Source: an uncultured Gammaproteobacteria bacterium (GTDB taxonomy: Bacteria; Patescibacteriota; Patescibacteriia; Magasanikbacterales; GWA2-37-8). From it: DNA of 60,050 bases. Position numbers and translations under genes: made by a program. The stretch lies in the NCBI GenBank assembly GCA_964478235.1, contig CAYZGX010000006.1:1-60050 (forward strand), in the 5' to 3' direction. The notes under the pieces are model-generated. The model saw nothing but the letters and a program-made list of their open reading frames with translations. It had not been told where the DNA came from and made no database searches. Below are positions 44,501 to 53,866 of the stretch, one piece after another; the first letter of the stretch is position 1, and every line of letters starts with the position of its first letter.

Positions 44501-45265
44501 TCCACCTTCTTCACTTGGACAGCAACCGACAATTTGTTGGCCTCCCCAGTGCAGCCAGGTACTTCTGTAACGATCTACGTCAAAGCTGACATTGGTGCAG
44601 CTGGTCAAGCTTACCTTGGCGACTCCTTCCACTTCGGTATCCGCACTACATCTGATGTAGTTGCTAAGGGTGCTGCTAGTGGTCAGACCGCTACTGTAAG
44701 TGGCGTACCAAACGTAACAACCCTCACTTACATTGCTCCGTTCAGTGTATTGGCAACTTCCGATGCACCTACAGCGGGTAGTAGTGTAACTCAGGCTGTT
44801 TTGGCAGGCACACAATTGGCTCGTATCAAACTTACGAACAATGGTAGTGCTAAGGTAACCATCACAGGTGTTAAATTCACCGACAGTGGTTCCCACACCG
44901 GTTCTACAACAACTTACAAGTTGATGTACTCCGATCAAAACTCTAGTAACTACACACAAAACACAGCTTCTAGTACACATTCCAACTCCGTTGATTTCCG
45001 CAACTTGGGTACAATCGGTACAGGTTCAACCTTCACTATTGATGGTGGCTCCTACCGCTTTATCACTGTTGCTATCAACACGATTGGTTCGTCTGTAGCT
45101 GGTGATAGTTATCAGATGTCTGTCGCTTCTATTGGCGACATCACTTACACCGCTGCTGAATCTGACCTCGGTTATGATTCAGACAACAGTGGTGCTCTCT
45201 CTGGCAACACCGCTAGCCTCTATGCTGACGGTAAGCCAACAATGGGTACCTTGGTTAAACAATAA
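41570..45265 (+). CDS. Large secreted S-layer-like / surface array protein (1231 aa)
   Basis: Signal peptide ..LLPVAAAAAS. Three N-terminal units of about 50 aa (G.PAIYAVDSNGKVLYF / DQLYVVQPGNKLAKI / GKKWYVNSDSKLQEV). Then T/S/A/G/V/N-rich repeated beta-type modules with almost no Cys and few charges. Codon choice is strongly biased (GGT/GCT/ACT/GTT). Confidence 0.8.
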   Translation: MSNVLKASKKVLTTGVVFSTMLWSVGVSALLPVAAAAASCPTFKSGDMLKVTGKPAIYAVDSNGKVLYFPTGDEFKSWTSDNKYGGYTTVSQECYDSLPVPSMAPYGVTFRPGTYVVKRASSDQLYVVQPGNKLAKITVEAAKALYGSSYKVMTTADVFWPNYSSVRGADVTEAKVHPGMLVSNGGKKWYVNSDSKLQEVTDAGFSANRFQSAFTRVASDAMIAGLSFGEVISGAVSTLSDRTQTGGGSSVIPGATGGNLTVSLAGNNPAGMVLASGSAFNQVLKLNLSAGANDVSVTGLTLRKGGFVANTAVSGVDVIDSAGVRHGNVASSISTDNDVTLLFAGAPILVKAGATETVTIRVNLGSSATSGTISFSVASASAVASNGTVGGSFPVSGNTFSLESGASSIGTATLNIAAINASGATLNVDANNQQEIAKFNIAAGSNENIKLGKLVLYNNGTASDSDVADVQLVAQNGDVLATAQQVSKTVTFDLSANPHLIEKGQTKSVTVRAKIVNGAARTIQFVIYNDYDAVLTGVNTGTSLLPSTTTGGTGGASTSFPVGNKTSYNLATIGSGTISFNKDTSSPSAAVAPNTNNAVLAKFFAKPNGENMELRKIGLGFVTGTVGMFSGSFTVKVNGSSVYSGTATDIANTSTSATLTSITLSTYPTLTVGVNNYITVEANINSQATNGSTSTVSLDLTEVKRLVTNDITDPSVSVSTANQITVQAAALKVSNLSTPVAQSVVVGTSGVTLATIELSPSVVSSGEDARVSRIVISDTVAGGAAVGDISNLNLYDSNGNLITTSASTATNAASNTFTFSNPLNISKTGSIVLTLKGDVIANAGSGTHTFAVKDAGNHVTATGKDTGNSVTPTGSTAAGQALTVANSGTLTLSLVSGTNAAPSNDQVVSVGATNLPVFAFRLTAQKEAIKLTSLTLMATGTINTLNDLVNIKLYRDNETSPFATANQMNSYAGGQSTSTFFTWTATDNLLASPVQPGTSVTIYVKADIGAAGQAYLGDSFHFGIRTTSDVVAKGAASGQTATVSGVPNVTTLTYIAPFSVLATSDAPTAGSSVTQAVLAGTQLARIKLTNNGSAKVTITGVKFTDSGSHTGSTTTYKLMYSDQNSSNYTQNTASSTHSNSVDFRNLGTIGTGSTFTIDGGSYRFITVAINTIGSSVAGDSYQMSVASIGDITYTAAESDLGYDSDNSGALSGNTASLYADGKPTMGTLVKQ

Positions 45266-45320
45266 GCTTGTTTAGCTCTCGTATTCAGAGACGTTTGTCA
45301 GTATCGTAAACTGGCACAAA

Positions 45321-45352
45321 ACACCCTCGGCTTCGGCCGGGGGTGTTTTTTT
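45321..45352 (+). terminator. Intrinsic terminator after the surface-protein gene
   Basis: ACACCCTCGGC-TTCG-GCCGGGGGTGT followed by TTTTTTT. Confidence 0.7.
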
Positions 45353-45359
45353 AGCTTCG

Positions 45360-45388
45360 TTGACAGAAAATAGCCTTGGTTATATACT
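45360..45388 (+). promoter_or_regulatory. Sigma70-type promoter for the glycan cluster
   Basis: TTGACA (45360-65), 17 nt, TATACT (45383-88). Confidence 0.65.
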
Positions 45389-45423
45389 CATAGCACACGT
45401 TTTACGCGTATTTTTTATTATAT

Positions 45424-47484
45424 ATGAAGCTATATATTGAGCGTTTTACCAAATGGTGTATCTATGCGACTTTCTTTGTCCCGCTCGTTGTTTTACCCTC
45501 TTCGTTCATCTTCCCATTTATCGTCCCTAAAATCGTTATTTTCAGATCGCTTGTTACCTTGATGCTTGGAGGCTATATTTTGCTTCTGGTGAGTAATTGG
45601 GAGACGTATCGCCCTCGTCGTAACCCGGCCACCATCGCTTTGTTCGCCTTCCTCTTGAGCTTCGCTGTCTCCACTTTTATTGGCACCGATCCGTACCACA
45701 GTTTTTGGGACAACCACGAGCGCATGCTTGGCCTCTTCACGGTGGCTCATTATGTTGCTTATTTCTTTGTAGCGAGTAATGTTTTTAAAAATTGGACCGA
45801 ATGGAAAACGGCTTTGCGTTGGTTTTTGGCTGCTGGCTCCATTGTAATGATTATTGGTGTATTCCAAGTTATTGATCCAAATTTTTTGTTAAATAGGGGA
45901 GATGTCCGGGTTTCGAGCACCCTTGGTAATTCTATCTATGTTGGTGGCTATGGCCTGTTCCTGTTGTTTGTGGCCACTTTGCTTTTTTTGAAAGAAACTA
46001 ATGTTGTTGTCCGAACAGCCTACGGTTTGGCTGGGGCGCTCGGTATTGCCGGTATTATTTTTAGTGGTGCGCGTGGTGCTTTCTTGGGGCTCGTAGCTGG
46101 GGTAGCGACAGTCATCGCTCTCTACGCCATTCTTCTCAAAGATAAACCCCGTATTCGACATATTGTTTGGGGGTTGGCTGGGGCCGCTCTTCTTCTTTCG
46201 GTTATTCTCTACACCAATCGCACCAGTAGTTTTGTACGGGCTGTTCCGGTATTAGATCGTGTCTTGTCAACGACCTGGTCAGGTTTTTCAGCTAGTCCTC
46301 GTTTCTTGGCCTGGCAGGTGGCAATTGAAAGCTGGAAAACATACCCGCTTTTTGGCTGGGGTCCAAACAATTTTTTCTATGCCTACAACCAAAATTTTAA
46401 TCCACGCGCTCTTGAATATGGTTATGGCGAAACCTGGTTTGATAACGCTCACAACATTATCCTAAATACCTTGGCTGTGCAGGGTATTGTCGGCCTCGGC
46501 GCGTATTTGGCCATCTATATTGCCGCCTGTCTATTGCTCCTCAAAGCGTTTCGTGAATCGCGGGTCAGTCGTGAGGTGTATATTATTGGAACGAGTTTTT
46601 TGGTAGCGCATTTGGTGCAAAATGTTACCGTGTTTGAAAATCCAACTTCTTACCTCTATTTCATGTTCTGGCTCGCTATGATTGTCTCGCTCGTAACTAG
46701 TCAAAAAGTTACTCCGGACATTAAAAGTGAAAGCGTGGATAGGCCGATTAAAACAGAGTTTTTGGCCGGTATCGGAGCTGTCGTTCTTCTATGTATCTTT
46801 ATTTTCAACATCAAACCAGCTCAGGCTAATATAAGCACTCTCAGGACTCTTCAGGCGCTTAGCCAAAATATGTTGGGCAATCTGCCGGTCCTTGAAAAAA
46901 CATTAAACGGCAACTCTCCGCACATTGATGATATTCGCAACGACCTAACGAGTTCAATCCTAGGCTTTGTTAGTAGCGCTGTCGGAAAAATTTCTCCAGA
47001 GCAAGCCTTTAAGATTTTAGACATTCTTGAACCGGCAATACTCAAAAACATTGAGCTCCACCCGCGCGATATTCGAGTGTATCTCACCATGAACCAGCTC
47101 CAGCAAATTCGTCTGGCCTTTAAACAAGATGTGCGCTACGTGATCGCTTCGGAATATTATTTAGAAAAAGCTTTAAGCAATTCGCCGCGTCGTCAGCAAA
47201 TCGTTTACAACTTAGCCACCGCCAAACTACAGCTTGGTAAGAATCAAGAGGCAATTGATATGCTCGAAAAAGTAGTGGAAGAAAAAGTGAAAGTTAGTGA
47301 ATCCTATTGGCGCCTCATGATTGCTTATCGTATCGCTGGGGAGTATAGCAAAGTGGACGAAGTGTATAAGCGCGCCTTGTCTCGCGGAATCATCTTCTTG
47401 CCAGACGAACAGGCGACAGTAGCCCAAGTGCTTGATTATAAAGAAGAAGCGGCCGCCAAAAAAGCCGCTGCAGCCAAAAAATAA
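45424..47484 (+). CDS. O-antigen ligase/polymerase-like (Wzy_C-type) polytopic membrane protein with C-terminal TPR repeats
   Basis: More than 10 TM helices, large loop with WGPNNFFYAYN..DNAHN, C-terminal TPR-like helices (YNLATAKLQLGKNQEAIDMLEKV..YWRLMIAYRIAGEY). Confidence 0.75.
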   Translation: MKLYIERFTKWCIYATFFVPLVVLPSSFIFPFIVPKIVIFRSLVTLMLGGYILLLVSNWETYRPRRNPATIALFAFLLSFAVSTFIGTDPYHSFWDNHERMLGLFTVAHYVAYFFVASNVFKNWTEWKTALRWFLAAGSIVMIIGVFQVIDPNFLLNRGDVRVSSTLGNSIYVGGYGLFLLFVATLLFLKETNVVVRTAYGLAGALGIAGIIFSGARGAFLGLVAGVATVIALYAILLKDKPRIRHIVWGLAGAALLLSVILYTNRTSSFVRAVPVLDRVLSTTWSGFSASPRFLAWQVAIESWKTYPLFGWGPNNFFYAYNQNFNPRALEYGYGETWFDNAHNIILNTLAVQGIVGLGAYLAIYIAACLLLLKAFRESRVSREVYIIGTSFLVAHLVQNVTVFENPTSYLYFMFWLAMIVSLVTSQKVTPDIKSESVDRPIKTEFLAGIGAVVLLCIFIFNIKPAQANISTLRTLQALSQNMLGNLPVLEKTLNGNSPHIDDIRNDLTSSILGFVSSAVGKISPEQAFKILDILEPAILKNIELHPRDIRVYLTMNQLQQIRLAFKQDVRYVIASEYYLEKALSNSPRRQQIVYNLATAKLQLGKNQEAIDMLEKVVEEKVKVSESYWRLMIAYRIAGEYSKVDEVYKRALSRGIIFLPDEQATVAQVLDYKEEAAAKKAAAAKK

Positions 47485-47497
47485 TATCTCTATTTCT

Positions 47498-48289
47498 ATG
47501 AAAACGATTATTTTGTGTGGGGGTACTGGTACCCGTATGAAGGAGGAGACAGAGTTCAAACCAAAGCCGTTGGTCTTGGTTGGTGGTAAGCCAATTTTAT
47601 GGCATATCATGAAGCTTTATTCTCATTTTGGTCATAATGAGTTTGTTTTGGCGCTTGGTTATCGTGGCGACATGATCAAACAGTACTTCCTCAACTGGCG
47701 CAGTTTGCTCAGCGATTTCACCCTCAATACCAAAACGCACGATTTGTCGTTTCACAATAATGAATGCGACGATTTTACTATCACCTTCGGTGAAACCGGT
47801 TTAGAAAGTTTGACCGGCGAACGTGTTCGTCGCCTCAAAAAATATATTGGCAACGATGAACATTTTATGGTGACCTATGGCGACGGTGTCGCTGATATTG
47901 ATATTAACGATTTGATTGAGTTTCATAAAAAACAAAACACCTTAGTCACTATCACCGGCGTGCGCCCATCACACCGCTTTGGTCTCTTGGATGTTGATCA
48001 TACCGAAAACAAAATCAAAGGGTTTTATCAGAAGCTTGTGACTGATGATAAAGACAAAATCTCAAGCGATTACATCAACGGCGGTTTTATGGTGATGAAG
48101 CGTGAAGTGTTGGATATGATTGAGCCTGGTTCAATGATTGAAAGTATCTTTGAGCCACTCGCTGCCAAACGCGAATTATCGGTCTACAAACATAAAGGTA
48201 CCTGGAAGTGTATGGATACCTTCAAAGAAGTCGAAGAAATGAACGAACACTGGCGAAAAAATCCGTTTTGGAAAATTTGGAAAGACTAA
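47498..48289 (+). CDS. rfbF: Glucose-1-phosphate cytidylyltransferase
   Basis: MKTIILCGGTGTRMKEETEFKPKPLVLVGGKPILWHIMK is the hallmark RfbF N-terminus. 263 aa from ATG 47498. Confidence 0.88.
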   Translation: MKTIILCGGTGTRMKEETEFKPKPLVLVGGKPILWHIMKLYSHFGHNEFVLALGYRGDMIKQYFLNWRSLLSDFTLNTKTHDLSFHNNECDDFTITFGETGLESLTGERVRRLKKYIGNDEHFMVTYGDGVADIDINDLIEFHKKQNTLVTITGVRPSHRFGLLDVDHTENKIKGFYQKLVTDDKDKISSDYINGGFMVMKREVLDMIEPGSMIESIFEPLAAKRELSVYKHKGTWKCMDTFKEVEEMNEHWRKNPFWKIWKD

Positions 48290-48295
48290 TACCAT

Positions 48296-49255
48296 ATGAG
48301 TGTCCTTACTGGAAAAAATGTTTTAATCACTGGAGCAAGCGGGCTTGTCGGTTCGCATTTGGTGGAAGAGGTTTTGAAATTACAACCAGCCACTATTGTT
48401 GCCTTGTCGCGCAGTCGCGACCCTAAGTCGTACTTTGTACGCTCGGGATTAGAGAGTAAAGTGACGCTCGCTTATGGCGACCTCAAAGACAAAGAGCGTA
48501 TTTTTGATATTGTCACCAAATACGAAATCTCTCACATTTTTCATATCGCTGCTCAGCCAATTGTGGCGACAGCCTATATCAATCCCTACGAAACACTTTC
48601 GAGCAATATTATGGGCACTATTCACGTGCTCGAAGCGGCTCGTTTATCGCCAATGGTGAAAAGTGTCGTGGTTGCTTCGAGTGACAAAGCTTATGGCAAA
48701 GATTGTGTGCGAGCCGAAGAAGGCCACGAGCTTCGCGGTGATCATCCATATGACGTGTCCAAATCATGTACTGATCTTATAACTCAAACCTATGCCAAAA
48801 CCTACAATGTACCAGTAGCGATTAGTCGTTGCGGCAACATCTTTGGCCCGGGAGATATGAATTTCAACCGCATTGTCCCAGGGGCTCTCAAAGCGGCTAT
48901 TCAGGGTGAAACCTTGGCAATTCGCAGCAACGGCGAATTTGTTCGTGATTACGTCTATGTCAAAGATGTGGTCGCTGGCTACATTCTTTTGGCCGAAAAA
49001 ATGGATACCATTCGCGGCGAAGCTTTTAACTTTAGCACTGGTGGAAATTATTCAGTGATTAAATTGGTTGAAGCGATTGGCGCTGTTCTCGGAAAAAAGA
49101 TTCCCTACACAATTGTTAATAATCAAAAGAATGAAATTGTGGAGCAGAGTTTGAATTATGCCAAAGCAGTCGATAAGCTCGGTTGGAAATCGGCCACGTC
49201 ATTTGAACAAGCCATGCAAGAAACGTACGATTGGTATAAAAAGTATTTCGTCTAA
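48296..49255 (+). CDS. rfbG: NAD-dependent sugar dehydratase, CDP-glucose 4,6-dehydratase-like
   Basis: Rossmann motif ITGASGLVGSHL, catalytic YDVSK, and CGNIFGPGDMNFNRIVP resembling the RfbG G(N)VIGGGD..R(I/L)IP block. Adjacent to rfbF. Confidence 0.7.
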   Translation: MSVLTGKNVLITGASGLVGSHLVEEVLKLQPATIVALSRSRDPKSYFVRSGLESKVTLAYGDLKDKERIFDIVTKYEISHIFHIAAQPIVATAYINPYETLSSNIMGTIHVLEAARLSPMVKSVVVASSDKAYGKDCVRAEEGHELRGDHPYDVSKSCTDLITQTYAKTYNVPVAISRCGNIFGPGDMNFNRIVPGALKAAIQGETLAIRSNGEFVRDYVYVKDVVAGYILLAEKMDTIRGEAFNFSTGGNYSVIKLVEAIGAVLGKKIPYTIVNNQKNEIVEQSLNYAKAVDKLGWKSATSFEQAMQETYDWYKKYFV

Positions 49256-49272
49256 CTTTTTCAGTGTTCGGT

Positions 49273-50154
49273 ATGTCCAAAGTACACGTCGCGATTATTG
49301 GCACAGGCAATATCGGGAGCGACCTACTTCGTAAAGTGGAGCGCTCGCCCTTTTTGCGTTGCGGACTTTTTACCGGACGCAACCAAGATTCCGAAGGTAT
49401 TCGTCAGGCCAAGCGGATGGATGTGACTGTGTCATATGAATCAATTGAGGCAATTGAAAAAAATCCTGATTGCTGTGAAATCGTTTTTGACACCACCAGC
49501 GCCGAATCGCACAAGCGTCATGCTGAAATTCTCAAAAGACTTGGCAAGTTTACTATTGATTTGACGCCGTCGCGCATTGGCACCTTGTGCGTGCCAAGTA
49601 TCAACAGTGATGTTGTATTAACTTCGGACAATATTAACATGGTCACTTGTGGTGGGCAAAGCCTTATTCCAGTTGCCAAAGCGATTATGGAAACGCATCC
49701 GGACACCACCTATATTGAAGTAGTTGGAAGTATTGCCTCCAAATCAGCTGGCCCAGGGACACGCGCGAATGTCGAAGAATATATCACCACCACTTCTCGA
49801 GCCATTGAAGTTTTTTCTGGCGTGCCAAAAGCCAAAGCTATTTTGATTTTGAATCCAGCTGAACCGCCAATTTTGATGCACAACACGCTCTACGCCGATA
49901 TTCCGAATCCCGATCTCACCGCTCTCAGAAAAAAAATCGCTGAAACAGAAAAAATGATTCAAGCCTATGTTCCTGGTTATCGTGTTGCTGCCGGTCCGAT
50001 TATTGAAAAAGGTAAAGTGATGGTGATGATTGAAGTCGTGGGGCAAGGGGATTATCTCCCGACCTACGCTGGCAATTTAGATATTATCACCTGCGCTGCT
50101 GTTCGCGCTGCCGAAGAATACGCCATCAAAAAATTAGGAGCCATTGCTGTCTAA
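49273..50154 (+). CDS. Acetaldehyde dehydrogenase (acetylating), DmpF/MhpF family
   Basis: VAIIGTGNIGSDLL, catalytic-Cys block NMVTCGGQ, and size of about 293 aa. Confidence 0.85.
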   Translation: MSKVHVAIIGTGNIGSDLLRKVERSPFLRCGLFTGRNQDSEGIRQAKRMDVTVSYESIEAIEKNPDCCEIVFDTTSAESHKRHAEILKRLGKFTIDLTPSRIGTLCVPSINSDVVLTSDNINMVTCGGQSLIPVAKAIMETHPDTTYIEVVGSIASKSAGPGTRANVEEYITTTSRAIEVFSGVPKAKAILILNPAEPPILMHNTLYADIPNPDLTALRKKIAETEKMIQAYVPGYRVAAGPIIEKGKVMVMIEVVGQGDYLPTYAGNLDIITCAAVRAAEEYAIKKLGAIAV

Positions 50155-50155
50155 T

Positions 50156-51166
50156 ATGTCCTCACCACTTATCTTTGATTCTACTTTGCGCGACGGCTCG
50201 CATGCTATCGCTCACCAGCTCACCGCCAAACAAGTCGGTGACTATTGTCGAATCATTGATTCCGCTGGTTTTTATACAGTTATTGTTGGCCATGGGAACG
50301 GCCTCGGAGCGTCGTCTATTCAAGTTGGTTTGTCCAAAACGCCTGACAGCGAGCTTTTGATTGCTGCCAAAAGTGAACTCAAAAAAACCAAGCTGGGCGC
50401 CTTTATTTTGCCAGGCTTTGGCACTATTAAGCACGATCTCGCTCCAGCTTTGGCTCTTGGGGTAGAGGTAGTCTGCGTGGGGGCGCACTGCACCGAAGCA
50501 GATGTCACCAAGCAATATATTGAATATGTTGTCGCTGAAGGCAAAGAAGCTTACGGTGTTCTTATGATGTATCACATGACCACCAAAGAGCGTTTATGCG
50601 ACGAAGCTCAAAAAATGATTGGCTATGGCGCTCGTGGAATTATTCTTATGGACTCCGCCGGCTCGTCAACGCCTGACACCGTCAAAACAACCATTGCCTA
50701 TTTGGTAGAAAATCTGTCAGTACCAGTTGGTTTTCATGCCCACAATAATTTGGGTATGGCTGTGGGCAACACCGTGGTAGCGCTAGAGTCTGGGGCTAGT
50801 ATTGTTGACGGTACAATCAAAGGTTTTGGGGCGGGAGCTGGTAATTGTCAGCTTGAAGCTTTAGCTGCACTTCTTAAAAAAATGAATCGTCCGGTAGGTG
50901 TAAATCTGTACGCCACTCTTGATGCGAGCGATTATGTCGCCGAGCATATTATGGCTAAACCACAAGATATTTCCTCGGTCAGTGTCACCAGCGGTGTTGC
51001 TGGAGTATTCTCTGGCTTTGCTTTGCCGGTAAAACGCGCCGCTGAAACATTCGGTGTTGATCCGCGAGATATTTTTATGGAACTTGGTCGTCGCCGAGTG
51101 GTTGGCGGTCAAGAAGATATGGTGGTGGAAGTGGCGATGGAATTATCTAAACATAAAAAAGCCTAA
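50156..51166 (+). CDS. 4-hydroxy-2-oxovalerate aldolase-like (DmpG/MhpE family, HMGL-type TIM barrel)
   Basis: DSTLRDGSHA metal/substrate motif, GFHAHNNLGMAVGN, plus the DmpG C-terminal communication domain. Translationally adjacent to the DmpF-like gene. Confidence 0.85.
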   Translation: MSSPLIFDSTLRDGSHAIAHQLTAKQVGDYCRIIDSAGFYTVIVGHGNGLGASSIQVGLSKTPDSELLIAAKSELKKTKLGAFILPGFGTIKHDLAPALALGVEVVCVGAHCTEADVTKQYIEYVVAEGKEAYGVLMMYHMTTKERLCDEAQKMIGYGARGIILMDSAGSSTPDTVKTTIAYLVENLSVPVGFHAHNNLGMAVGNTVVALESGASIVDGTIKGFGAGAGNCQLEALAALLKKMNRPVGVNLYATLDASDYVAEHIMAKPQDISSVSVTSGVAGVFSGFALPVKRAAETFGVDPRDIFMELGRRRVVGGQEDMVVEVAMELSKHKKA

Positions 51167-51171
51167 CTACT

Positions 51172-52980
51172 ATGAATGTCGCTGATTTTATCTTTACTTT
51201 TTTCTACAACCGCGGAGTGCGCGAAGTTTTTACTGTCACCGGTGGACATGCAATGTATCTCAATGATGCGGTGGCCAAGAATACAGGTCTTCGGTATACC
51301 TGCACCCACCACGAGCAGAGCGCCACGATGGCTGCTGAGGCCTATGGTCGCCTCCACAGCGTTCCGGCGGTCGCCATGGTCACAGCTGGCCCAGGGAGCG
51401 TTAACGCCTTAAACGGTGTTGTAGGGGCATGGGTAGACTCAGCCCCGCTCATTGTGATTTCTGGTCAATCCAACCTACCAATCGTGGCCTATGCCGAAAA
51501 AACTGGTATTCGTCAGTTTGGTGTGCAGGGGATTAGTATTCGCGAGATGGTCACTCCGGTTACCAAGTATTTTGTGACCATGGACGATCCAGCCAAAGTG
51601 GGGGAGTATCTAGAAAAAATGTGGACGGAAGTGACGACCGGTCGCCCAGGTCCTGTTTGGATGGAAGTTCCGCTCGATATGCAGCGCTCCGAGGTGTCGG
51701 CAGAAGTGGTTGAAAAATATAGCTTGCCAGCAGCTGAAGAAAAACAAATGGCTGTTTCAGAAACACTCCAAAAACAAATTGCCGAGGTTTATTCCCGCAT
51801 CGCCAAAGCTGAGCGTCCTTTATTTATTTTTGGCCAAGGTGTTCGTTTGTCAAAAGCCGTTGAATCGTTTCGCGCAGTTATTGAGCGGTTGCGTATTCCA
51901 CTTTTAACGTCTCGTTTGGGGATTGACCTCATTGAATCTAACCATCCGCTATATATTGGTCGCCCGGGAACATACGGCGAACGCTCCGCTAATTTCGCAG
52001 TGCAAAACGCCGATTTAATTATTGCGATTGGTTCGCGCCTCACGGTATCGCTCACTGGGCACAATGTCAAAGATTTTGGTCGCCATGCCGAAAAGATTAT
52101 TGTGGATATTGATGAAAAAGAATTACAAAAACCAGATCTCAACTGCACCCTACCAATTTTATCTGACGCTAAAGTATTTTTAGATGGTTTGGCGGTGTAT
52201 GTTGGCTCACAGCCAGTGGTGGAGCGACCAGAGTGGCTCGCTATTTGCCAAGGCTGGAAACAAAAATACCCAGTCGTTTTACCAGAGTATAAAGATGAAA
52301 AACCGGTTAATTCATATTATTTCACCGGCCGTCTCACTGATCTCACTCCGGAGAATGCCTATATTCTCGTAGATACCGGTTCGTGTTTTCATGTGGCGGC
52401 ACAAGCCTGGAAAGTTAAAAAAGGTCAACGTTTTCTCACTACCGGTGGTATTTCTACCATGGGCTATTGGGCAGCTGCGGTGGGGGCATGTATTGCCAAC
52501 GACCGCAAACCAACGGTTGTGATTACTGGCGATGGTAGTTTTCAAATGAACCTCCAAGAGCTCGCTACCGTAAAAGTAAATAAATTGCCACTTAAGATTT
52601 TTATTTTCAACAATAACGGCTACCTACTCATTCGTCATACCCAACGAAACTTTTTTAGCAGTCGGATGATTGGTGAAGGTCCTGAATCTGGTGTGTGGTG
52701 TCCTGATGCTCTCGAAATTGCCAAAGCGTATGGTATACCAGCCGTGCGTATTAATTCAGTCGAAGAAGTCGATGCTAAAATTAAAGAAGTGATGGAGTAT
52801 AACGACGGTCCGATTATTTGTGATGTGATGACACCTGAATGGCAACTTCTTATTCCGCGCGTTGCTTCCGAAAAAGGCGCTGATGGTAAACTGATTTCTA
52901 AACCATACGAAGACATGTTTCCGTTTTTGCCGGCTGAAGAGCTCGAAGCAGCCATGGTCGTCAAACCAAAAAAAGGTTAA
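51172..52980 (+). CDS. Thiamine-diphosphate-dependent enzyme, acetolactate-synthase-large-subunit-like (YerE-like candidate)
   Basis: N-terminal pyrimidine-binding HEQSATMAAEAYGR and the ThDP motif GDGSFQMNLQELAT..IFIFNNNGY. Confidence 0.85.
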   Translation: MNVADFIFTFFYNRGVREVFTVTGGHAMYLNDAVAKNTGLRYTCTHHEQSATMAAEAYGRLHSVPAVAMVTAGPGSVNALNGVVGAWVDSAPLIVISGQSNLPIVAYAEKTGIRQFGVQGISIREMVTPVTKYFVTMDDPAKVGEYLEKMWTEVTTGRPGPVWMEVPLDMQRSEVSAEVVEKYSLPAAEEKQMAVSETLQKQIAEVYSRIAKAERPLFIFGQGVRLSKAVESFRAVIERLRIPLLTSRLGIDLIESNHPLYIGRPGTYGERSANFAVQNADLIIAIGSRLTVSLTGHNVKDFGRHAEKIIVDIDEKELQKPDLNCTLPILSDAKVFLDGLAVYVGSQPVVERPEWLAICQGWKQKYPVVLPEYKDEKPVNSYYFTGRLTDLTPENAYILVDTGSCFHVAAQAWKVKKGQRFLTTGGISTMGYWAAAVGACIANDRKPTVVITGDGSFQMNLQELATVKVNKLPLKIFIFNNNGYLLIRHTQRNFFSSRMIGEGPESGVWCPDALEIAKAYGIPAVRINSVEEVDAKIKEVMEYNDGPIICDVMTPEWQLLIPRVASEKGADGKLISKPYEDMFPFLPAEELEAAMVVKPKKG

Positions 52981-52985
52981 CGCCT

Positions 52986-53864
52986 ATGCGCATTCTTCTC
53001 ACTGGTGGTAGTGGATTTATTGGGCAAAATATTGTACGCCAATTGGCTTCGCGCTACACTATTTTGGCTCCGAGCCACAGTGAGCTTGAGCTCGGTGATA
53101 CTCAGGCGGTGGTGGCATATCTCAAAAAAAATCCAGTTGACGTGGTTATTCACGCTGCCAATCGCGGTGGTACTCGCAAAGTCAAAGATCAAAGTGGGGT
53201 AGCAGTGGAGAATCTCCGGGTGTTTTTTAATCTACTGGAAGCCAAACCCTATTACAACCGTCTCATCATGCTCGGCTCAGGTGCTGAATACGACAAAAGT
53301 CGTCCGCTAGTGCAGGTAGCAGAAACTTCTTTTGGCGAGCGTATTCCGACTGATGAATATGGGTTGTATAAATACACCGCTGCCAAATTTGCTGAGCAGG
53401 TTGATTTCATTACCCATCTTCGGCTGTTTGCTGTCTTTGGAGTTGGTGAAGATCCAGAAATTCGTTTTATCTCCAATGCTATTTGCAAAGCGTTGCTTGG
53501 TTTACCAATTACTATTAAACAAAACGTTCGCTTTGATTATCTCTCTATCAATGATTGCGTGCAAATCATTGAGGCGTGCGTAGCCAAAAAGCCAACAGAA
53601 AAATTTTTAAATGTGGCAAGCGGTGCTCCGGTTGATTTAATCACTATTGCTCAAAAAATTGTTGAACTAACCAGCGCGAACGTCCCTGTGATTGTCGCCA
53701 CAGAAGGTTTGGGCAATGAATATTCGGCCGACGTCTCCCGCTTGAAAAAAACCATAGAAAATGCTAGGGTAACACCATTGGAAGAGGCGCTCCAAGAGCT
53801 TATTGCCCATTACCGAACCATCCTCCCAACCCTTGATAAGCAACGTTTTATTATCGATCCATAA
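52986..53864 (+). CDS. NAD(P)-dependent sugar epimerase/reductase (extended SDR)
   Basis: MRILLTGGSGFIGQNI Rossmann motif and YGLYK catalytic Tyr-x3-Lys. Confidence 0.8.
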   Translation: MRILLTGGSGFIGQNIVRQLASRYTILAPSHSELELGDTQAVVAYLKKNPVDVVIHAANRGGTRKVKDQSGVAVENLRVFFNLLEAKPYYNRLIMLGSGAEYDKSRPLVQVAETSFGERIPTDEYGLYKYTAAKFAEQVDFITHLRLFAVFGVGEDPEIRFISNAICKALLGLPITIKQNVRFDYLSINDCVQIIEACVAKKPTEKFLNVASGAPVDLITIAQKIVELTSANVPVIVATEGLGNEYSADVSRLKKTIENARVTPLEEALQELIAHYRTILPTLDKQRFIIDP

Positions 53865-53866
53865 AT

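Noticed and set aside
44057-44980. 307-aa minus-strand ORF, plus others between 41873 and 44139
   Set aside because: They are antisense to the S-layer-like gene. Its biased Thr/Ser/Ala/Gly/Val codons leave the opposite strand free of stops.
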